DNA from: a virus
Taxonomy: Duplodnaviria > Caudoviricetes
Length of the DNA stretch: 64,000 bases
Reading direction: 5' to 3' (one strand)
Virus record (IMG/VR): IMGVR_UViG_2895055527_000002
Coordinates: 17,917 to 81,916 of that record
Position 1 is the stretch's first letter, and each line of letters begins with the position of its first letter. The translations under genes and the position numbers were made by a program. A model generated the notes under the pieces. The model was not told the DNA's origin. It ran no database searches and saw only the letters and a list, made by a program, of their open reading frames with translations. Shown here in pieces: positions 57,933 to 64,000 of the stretch.

Positions 57933-59555
57933 TCATCGCGCTTCCTCCAAAACGTCTACACCCCAGGCACTTGCACGCGGCAGCGCGGCACCACGGCCCG
58001 ACTGTTCGGCAGTGAGTGCAGGTGCGCGGGCCGCCACGCCTTCGATCACCGTTGGCGGTGAGACCCGCTGCTCGGTCGGCGGGGTGGCCTTGTCGGCCGG
58101 AACCCGCAGTGGCACTGGCTTGCTGTTGCGCTTCAAGCAGGTATCTGGCGCGCCGACACTCCCGACGCTAGACGCCCCTACGCGCTCAACCTGGAGCACC
58201 AGAAGAATTTCGGTACTCGACGCGGTATCGGAGTGCGCATCTAGAAAGCGAGGCAGGAACGAGATGCCAGCGGTGTTGTCGGTCGACTTGTTGGTCGTCA
58301 GCCCACCCAATAGGATCACCTCCCCGTTCTGGAGGGTGATTTCGGTACTCACTTCGCGCGTATTGAGCGTTGGGGACGCGTTGACACCTGTTGTGGTCTT
58401 CACGAAATCGCTGATCTGCTGTGAGACGTGCAGATCGATTACCGATTCCTTAACCATCGGCCGCAGCTCGAAAATGACGCCTGAAGAGTGATACTCGACG
58501 GACTGGACCGGCTCGCCACCTCCCCGTGGATAGGAGACTGATTTCAGCACGGGGACCTTCTGCCCGACGGTAAGCCGTCCGCGGGCGCCTGATCGAATCC
58601 GCAGATTAGGGCTGTTGATCACGTGAAAGCGGGCGTCTTTCGACAGGGCCGAGAAAATCGTGTCGACGTTGCTAGTTTTGATGCGCAGCGTGTTCCCGAC
58701 CACATCGCCAGCAATCGAGACGCTTAGTCCGAGACCTTTCGACAGTAGATCAAGCGCCAACTGGAAGGCCGATCCGCGCTCGTTGCTGCGTGAGACCTCG
58801 TACGCCGTGGCGCGTACCGACACTTCACCTATCGGCGTATCCACCTGAGGCAACAGTTCACACAAAGCGATGATTTCCTCGCGAGTGCCTTGGAACAACA
58901 GCGTATCGCCTTGGGCGTCGATCAGTGCCGCTGCGGATCCCTCGGGTGCATTCTCCTTGGCCCTGTTGGCTGCGGGCATCGATACTGCCCGGTTCACGGT
59001 GAAATGCCCTTGGAAGAGTGGACGGACTAGGCCTGCGAGATATGCGGTATCGCGGAAGAGAGGGCGGTAAACGATCGTCTCTTTGGTCGAGTTGGATGCC
59101 AACCCATTCGGATCTAGCTTGAACACGAAATCCACTCCTCGGCGGCGCTCGATGCCGAACCCGAGTGATTCGAGGAGCGTAGTCAGGAATGCTCGAAGAT
59201 CGCCGGGTTTGCCCTCGTAACGTAGCGACACCAGACGATCATCTTGAAGAACGTCTGGGGCAATGACATAAGGCGTTTTGATCGCTTCACCATAAAGCAA
59301 GGACACGAGCTGCGCGACATTGACGAACTGGAAATCGAACTTGCCAGGCTGGAAGGGCAATGCGTTGGTTCGTGTGGATGACTGGTTTTTTTGCCGCGAC
59401 GAAGTTGGGGGGCTAGGAATATCACGGGACTCGGGCGGGCCGTCGTCGTGCAGTGCCGGTCCAACGTAATCGATGGGGGCAGGGACGATGTAGGGCTCGT
59501 TTGCAAATGCTAACGACGAGAGCAGCAGGGTTGCGGTGGGCATGAGCAGCTTCAT
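57933..59555 (-). CDS. Secretin (pIV / GspD-like)
   Basis: GQKVP..GVIFELRP..LGGL..LPRF; ATGA overlap with zot. Confidence 0.9.
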   Translation of the reverse strand: MKLLMPTATLLLSSLAFANEPYIVPAPIDYVGPALHDDGPPESRDIPSPPTSSRQKNQSSTRTNALPFQPGKFDFQFVNVAQLVSLLYGEAIKTPYVIAPDVLQDDRLVSLRYEGKPGDLRAFLTTLLESLGFGIERRRGVDFVFKLDPNGLASNSTKETIVYRPLFRDTAYLAGLVRPLFQGHFTVNRAVSMPAANRAKENAPEGSAAALIDAQGDTLLFQGTREEIIALCELLPQVDTPIGEVSVRATAYEVSRSNERGSAFQLALDLLSKGLGLSVSIAGDVVGNTLRIKTSNVDTIFSALSKDARFHVINSPNLRIRSGARGRLTVGQKVPVLKSVSYPRGGGEPVQSVEYHSSGVIFELRPMVKESVIDLHVSQQISDFVKTTTGVNASPTLNTREVSTEITLQNGEVILLGGLTTNKSTDNTAGISFLPRFLDAHSDTASSTEILLVLQVERVGASSVGSVGAPDTCLKRNSKPVPLRVPADKATPPTEQRVSPPTVIEGVAARAPALTAEQSGRGAALPRASAWGVDVLEEAR

Positions 59556-60613
59556 TTCCAGCCCCCATTTTTCCCGGACGTAGGCTTCTGGCCTGACCAA
59601 GTTGTGACGCGCTGCCCGTCTATCTCACCGATGCTCGCAATCCCATTGTTGCGGAAAGCAGATGGTGATTCGACTCGTAATCGACCCGCTGAATCGCTGA
59701 CCACGACATAGCGTTTTCCGTCGATCAAATACTGCCCGGCGACTCGCCAATCTGAGCTAAATGCTTGTCGAGGTGACTGAGCAGCGGTAGCGTGCTCGGG
59801 CTTCTTCGTTGACGACCCTGGACGAGTCGCTACCGTCGGGGGCGATTTCTTCGGCGTATGGGGATGGAAGTACCGCCATAGGAAGGTGCCGACTGTAATC
59901 CAACAAACAATGAAACCTGCTGCTGTGAGCCAAAGCTTCGGGCTCTTCAACAGGTTTTGCCGAGTGTCGATGGCCCGCTCATGCCCCTTCTGCCCGGCGT
60001 AAGACTGGTACAGCGGGAAGACGGCTTTGTCGTACGTGGTCGTTGACGTCCCGAGGCGTGCGGATTTGATGGTCTTGCCGCCGCCAAACATCTCGATCCG
60101 ATACCGATTGCGTAGCCCTAGCTCCTTGAGCTTCTTGGTGACGAACGTCACTTCGATGACGGAGCGCAGCTGCCGATGTAGATCCGTAATCGACTGGATC
60201 ATCAACACAACGTCGCAGGCCAAGCCGCTTTCAGCATGTACGTAGTGACGGTGCATTCGAAAGAAACGCATGTGTTCCGGTTTGATCTTGTGAGACGTCG
60301 ACCAGAATTCCCATGCCTCATCGATTGCCACCAGATCGCCTGCCTTCACCACTGAGTCGACGTCTGGTCGAGTTTCGTCGGGGAAGAAGTGCTCAGCGAG
60401 CACGTCGGCGTTCGCGACCGGGAGTATGGCTCCAAGTGCGTCCCGATCGGCGTTTCTGATGCTGACGCAGTAGTCATGAATGGCATCAGGAGAGATGCCG
60501 TCGATATTGGTCACCACACGCCGTCCTGCGAGAACGGCGGGCACGATGACGTTGCTCACAACCTCGTAGCTTTTACCCGAGCCCATTAGCCCTGTGTACG
60601 CGTTGATGGCCAT
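59552..60613 (-). CDS. Zot-like assembly ATPase (pI)
   Basis: GLMGSGKS, IDEAW, HRH and a TM segment. Confidence 0.93.
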   Translation of the reverse strand: MAINAYTGLMGSGKSYEVVSNVIVPAVLAGRRVVTNIDGISPDAIHDYCVSIRNADRDALGAILPVANADVLAEHFFPDETRPDVDSVVKAGDLVAIDEAWEFWSTSHKIKPEHMRFFRMHRHYVHAESGLACDVVLMIQSITDLHRQLRSVIEVTFVTKKLKELGLRNRYRIEMFGGGKTIKSARLGTSTTTYDKAVFPLYQSYAGQKGHERAIDTRQNLLKSPKLWLTAAGFIVCWITVGTFLWRYFHPHTPKKSPPTVATRPGSSTKKPEHATAAQSPRQAFSSDWRVAGQYLIDGKRYVVVSDSAGRLRVESPSAFRNNGIASIGEIDGQRVTTWSGQKPTSGKNGGWK

Positions 60614-60616
60614 GAA

Positions 60617-60916
60617 TTACCCGATTACCGGCAAGCGGCGAATAATGAATCGAGTCGCGATAGCGCTGAGGATCATCGGCATTCCTTCAGACACGGCAAA
60701 CAGTTCTAGCCAGAACCAGACACCGTCAGGGATCTTGGCGAATGCGTCGTCAAGCGATTTGGCTTCGGGGAAAAGGCGTGCCGACAACAGAAACTCGACG
60801 AATTCGGTGGTGATGAACCAGAGCGCGAAGAACGTTCCGAACTTCACCAATAGCGAGCGCAGCACAAAGCCGAGTGCGACGTTCAGTACGCTCGTTAGGA
60901 TGGAAAAGAGCGGCAT
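60617..60916 (-). CDS. Minor coat protein pVI-like
   Basis: Hydrophobic; ends ATRFIIRRLPVIG. Confidence 0.85.
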   Translation of the reverse strand: MPLFSILTSVLNVALGFVLRSLLVKFGTFFALWFITTEFVEFLLSARLFPEAKSLDDAFAKIPDGVWFWLELFAVSEGMPMILSAIATRFIIRRLPVIG

Positions 60917-60923
60917 GATGACC

Positions 60924-62492
60924 TCAAGCAGAGAGAATGATCAGAGTCGCGAGCGCAGCAAATGCGGCGAGCATGGCAAGGCGAAGTTCCGGGCCAATGG
61001 CGTTCGCGATGTCGCAATAAGCTTCGACGGCAATCACGCTGCCAAAGACTTGCAGTTGTGCGCGCGGACACGCCCCGCCATGAGACGGTGCAGACCATTT
61101 CTTGAAGTCATCTAACAGGCCCAAAACGGGCTCAAGAATCATCTTGGCTGTGGGTGCTGACTCCAGCACGGGTGCCGCTACATCGGGTGCCGCACCCAGA
61201 TCCACTTCAGCTTTTACCGTGTTACCGATGTCGACGATTGGTCGGTTGACGACGTTGACGTCTTGGACCTCGCTTGGATCCAGCTTTGGCTGGGCGATTG
61301 GATCCGTCTCCGCATCCGGCTTCTTGTTAGGTCTTATCGATGATGAAATAGGGACGGCTTTTTGTTCGGGAAGCGTGGCAGGTTCCATCACATCGCCGAT
61401 TTGCGGCGTTGACTTTGGATTCTCTCGAATCCACGGCATCACCTCTGGCGCCGTGACTGGCTCAGTTACGGAGTAGGGGAGCCCTTGGTAATCGACAGAT
61501 GATGCGGCCCGCTGCCACACTTGATCGACTATCTCGGCAAGCGTTTCGGCACTGAGGGGAATGGTTGAGGCTTCGTCGGCAATTTCGAAAATGGCGCTAT
61601 CGAGGTTGGGATGCGAGGAAAACGTAGTGGTCCGTCGAGTTCGCTCAAATGCTTCGCGAGTGAGAACGTATTTGGATTCCAGAGGGACGGTTATCCAACT
61701 ATAGGGAGTGCAACTTGGAGAGCCGGGACAGTTCATGTAATCGTGCCCCCAGTACCGGACGCCGAACTCTTTGAATTCGCCATCAGGACCGAACATCTCA
61801 ACAATTGTTGGATTTGGGTCCGAGCCATCGTTGTTTCGCAACAGCACGCCAACGAGTTGCACAAACGCATGCATGGATGTTGCGACCACTTCGTAGCCGT
61901 GCCACCAGTTCTGCTGGCTCATTCCGGATGAGACGGAAGGTGGACTCGGCAGCGAGGAGCAAATGTACTCCCTATCCCCTACCGGGCAGTTGGGTAACTG
62001 GTAGGCGAGATACCCCCGCTCAAGTAGATCGTCGAGCCACTCATCCTCACCGGGAGTCAGGTTCACGTGAAAATTCTCAGACAACACGGGAGGAGGGCCT
62101 TGGGGACGGCTCGTTGATATCGTTAGCGTTCCGGCTTCGGTTGCCGTAATCGAGACCTCGGTGTCTCCCAAACGAGCTAGTAGCGCATTACCCGCCCCAA
62201 AGATGCCCAAACCGGCCAATATGGTCAGCCAGACGGGCGCACCCATGAGCGATAGTCCAAACCCGGCTCCGGTGGAAACGACGTTGAGTGCGGTGCTGTT
62301 CGATGAAATGGTCTCCAAGGTCGCAGCGATTCTCGGATCGTTAGCAGCAAAGCCTCTCTCCCTGGCAACACGCGTTATAAGTCCAGCGATGGCGCGATTC
62401 ATTGCTAGCTTTGCGACGGGAAGTGCTTGTGGCATTGCGGGCTGCTGTGCGAGCAATGCGAGGAGAAGCGCAGTCATGACCGATCGTTTCAT
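60924..62492 (-). CDS. Adsorption protein pIII-like
   Basis: Signal peptide, Pro-rich linker, C..C and a C-terminal TM anchor. Confidence 0.8.
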   Translation of the reverse strand: MKRSVMTALLLALLAQQPAMPQALPVAKLAMNRAIAGLITRVARERGFAANDPRIAATLETISSNSTALNVVSTGAGFGLSLMGAPVWLTILAGLGIFGAGNALLARLGDTEVSITATEAGTLTISTSRPQGPPPVLSENFHVNLTPGEDEWLDDLLERGYLAYQLPNCPVGDREYICSSLPSPPSVSSGMSQQNWWHGYEVVATSMHAFVQLVGVLLRNNDGSDPNPTIVEMFGPDGEFKEFGVRYWGHDYMNCPGSPSCTPYSWITVPLESKYVLTREAFERTRRTTTFSSHPNLDSAIFEIADEASTIPLSAETLAEIVDQVWQRAASSVDYQGLPYSVTEPVTAPEVMPWIRENPKSTPQIGDVMEPATLPEQKAVPISSSIRPNKKPDAETDPIAQPKLDPSEVQDVNVVNRPIVDIGNTVKAEVDLGAAPDVAAPVLESAPTAKMILEPVLGLLDDFKKWSAPSHGGACPRAQLQVFGSVIAVEAYCDIANAIGPELRLAMLAAFAALATLIILSA

Positions 62493-62494
62493 CG

Positions 62495-62581
62495 TTATCC
62501 TCGGAAGCCTTGAATTACCGCCCAGGCGCAAACCATTCCCCACACGAAGAAGGTCAAATTCCAGAGATCTTGGATTGGCAT
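62495..62581 (-). CDS. 28-aa hydrophobic minor virion protein (below ORF-track cutoff)
   Basis: MPIQDLWNLTFFVWGMVCAWAVIQGFRG; GGGGAG RBS; stop 2 nt before the pIII ATG. Confidence 0.7.
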   Translation of the reverse strand: MPIQDLWNLTFFVWGMVCAWAVIQGFRG

Positions 62582-62671
62582 GTCGGCTCCCCTGGAGATG
62601 GCTAAGCGCTTGTTGGTGACCACGAGCCGAGCGCACAAAGCATGGGTTCGTGCGCTCGGCAAAACGGGGGA

Positions 62672-62905
62672 TTAACCTCCCTTCAGGACGGAAAGCACGA
62701 TCTTGGCCCCGCGTAATGTGGCGTACACGGTCGCTAACGTGATGCCGATGGCAAGAATCGCCCCGATGGTGGAATCCAAGCTGACACTCTTCGCCATCTC
62801 CGTCACGTCACTCTCTGCACGCGCAAGGAACGGCGCAGTGCCCAGTGCGACACCGCACGCAGCGTGTTTTCCCGCGCAGAAGATTCGTTGCAGGGTTACT
62901 TTCAT
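62672..62905 (-). CDS. Major coat protein pVIII-like
   Basis: GGAGG RBS; signal ending ARA, acidic N-terminus, TM segment, basic C-terminus. Confidence 0.85.
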   Translation of the reverse strand: MKVTLQRIFCAGKHAACGVALGTAPFLARAESDVTEMAKSVSLDSTIGAILAIGITLATVYATLRGAKIVLSVLKGG

Positions 62906-62952
62906 GGGTATTTCCTCCAGTTGATACGCCGGGGAGCGCCCGACACGCTTGG

Positions 62953-63222
62953 TCAACCACGGCGGATGAAGCCGACGATTGCGCCAACCTGGGCACTCAC
63001 GAACCAGAGTCCGATCACGGTTGCGAATGCCAATGTCCAGAAACCCGCCATCTGTGGGATGTCGAGCTGTGGGGATGTCATTGACGTCTGAGAGGGGGGA
63101 ATGCTCACCACGGCAAACTGCTGATCGCCTTCGGGCGGGCACAGTTGGGTGTCAATCGCCGTGGTGGGAGTGCTCAAGTTCGTTGGCTGGCAAATGAGGA
63201 TGCGGTGGGGTAGGGCGCTCAC
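62953..63222 (-). CDS. Minor coat protein (pVII/pIX-like)
   Basis: C-terminal TM ending FIRRG; GTGA overlap start inferred. Confidence 0.65.
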   Translation of the reverse strand: MSALPHRILICQPTNLSTPTTAIDTQLCPPEGDQQFAVVSIPPSQTSMTSPQLDIPQMAGFWTLAFATVIGLWFVSAQVGAIVGFIRRG

Positions 63223-63518
63223 CGTGAAACCCCATACCGAATGCTGTGCAGAAGCTGCCATGCAAATCTCGAACTCGATGGCTGCGGGACGTCTTGAGCA
63301 TCACAAATCAGGTCGAGAACGCCGGCCAGCGCTTCTACTGTTTCGTAAAGCAACGGGGCCGATTCGATGGTGCGGGAGAAGCGCGCAACGTCGTCCGAGA
63401 ACAGGCCCCGTACCTGCGCAATGCAAACACATGTCTCGCCGGGAACGATGAACGTGTGCTCGATGACTCCAGAGGGCGGCGCGGTCATGCTGTCACCGTT
63501 GACATAGTCAGTCCGCAC
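63219..63518 (-). CDS. Hypothetical protein
   Basis: ORF within the inovirus operon. Confidence 0.45.
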   Translation of the reverse strand: MRTDYVNGDSMTAPPSGVIEHTFIVPGETCVCIAQVRGLFSDDVARFSRTIESAPLLYETVEALAGVLDLICDAQDVPQPSSSRFAWQLLHSIRYGVSR

Positions 63519-63748
63519 GGCAGGAGTTCATCTACCTGTAAATGTGAGGCCGGGGTAGCGCTGGAACTGGTGCGTGATTGAACTCGGGCGGGACAGAAGT
63601 CACCGAGTAGCAGAGAAGATCTTTGGTGAAGCATCGCAACCCCCAGTTACTCCAAGGCGAGTGAGCCAGACGGAGTGAAAAAGTGGCGGGGGGCCGGATT
63701 TGACGACAGAGCGTCGCCCGTAGATAAGCGACGAGACGTTGGGGATGA

Positions 63749-64000
63749 TTACTTAGCGGGCTTGGTAGGGTCGCCCGCTCGGGCGCTGGGTGCGTAGGGT
63801 TGCAACGCTACAATGCGAGGGACAAGCTGGCCGTCAATCGACTGCGCAAAGGCGAACTCCGCGAGGTAGTCGCCTGGCTCGGTGTCTTTGAGCGCTTCAG
63901 GAAGCGTGACCGTGCCGACAACGGTCTTCACGCCTTCGCTCGTCGTTTGCGTGAGTGCGCATTGTGCGGTGCGCATGTCGTAGGGACGGCCGGTCTTCAT
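63749..64000 (-). CDS. ssDNA-binding protein (pV-like), probably 5'-truncated by the window
   Basis: KTGRPYDM..PGDY OB-fold-like pattern upstream of the coat genes. Confidence 0.7.
   Translation of the reverse strand: MKTGRPYDMRTAQCALTQTTSEGVKTVVGTVTLPEALKDTEPGDYLAEFAFAQSIDGQLVPRIVALQPYAPSARAGDPTKPAK

Larger units (their letters stand above)
52856..64000. mobile_element. Integrase-encoding filamentous (inovirus-like) prophage, continuing beyond the window
   Basis: ssb, coat, pIII, pVI, Zot, secretin, HUH Rep and integrase next to a tRNA scar. Confidence 0.9.

Noticed and set aside
57933-59555. Secretin as part of a type II secretion system
   Set aside because: No other gsp genes are present and it is translationally coupled to zot.
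59552-60613. Zot as an enterotoxin
   Set aside because: Context shows it is the inovirus pI assembly ATPase.

Overview
The window is almost entirely stacked mobile DNA from a GC-rich betaproteobacterium (Burkholderiaceae-like; inferred from gene content). (1) 1-6459 is the cargo end of a Tn7-like transposon, with a TGT terminus at 6459 and four TnsB-type boxes. It carries an Ec67-type retron (msr-msd at 1147-1277 and an RT-TOPRIM gene that the ORF track misses because it runs off the left edge), an unknown 550-aa gene with a highly structured leader, and an HNH nuclease. (2) About 6460-52855 is an apparently complete lambdoid siphoprophage: int/xis, cI/cro/cII switch, replication, HK97-type head, lambda-type tail, lysis cassette and SOS-box-linked morons. 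Its right end is a cluster of tRNA/att scars that brackets an autotransporter. (3) 52856-64000 is an integrase-bearing filamentous (inovirus-like) prophage with Rep, secretin, Zot and coat genes, a C5-methyltransferase plus GIY-YIG nuclease pair and an orphan BrnA antitoxin. All family assignments come from motifs read by eye; no database searches were run.
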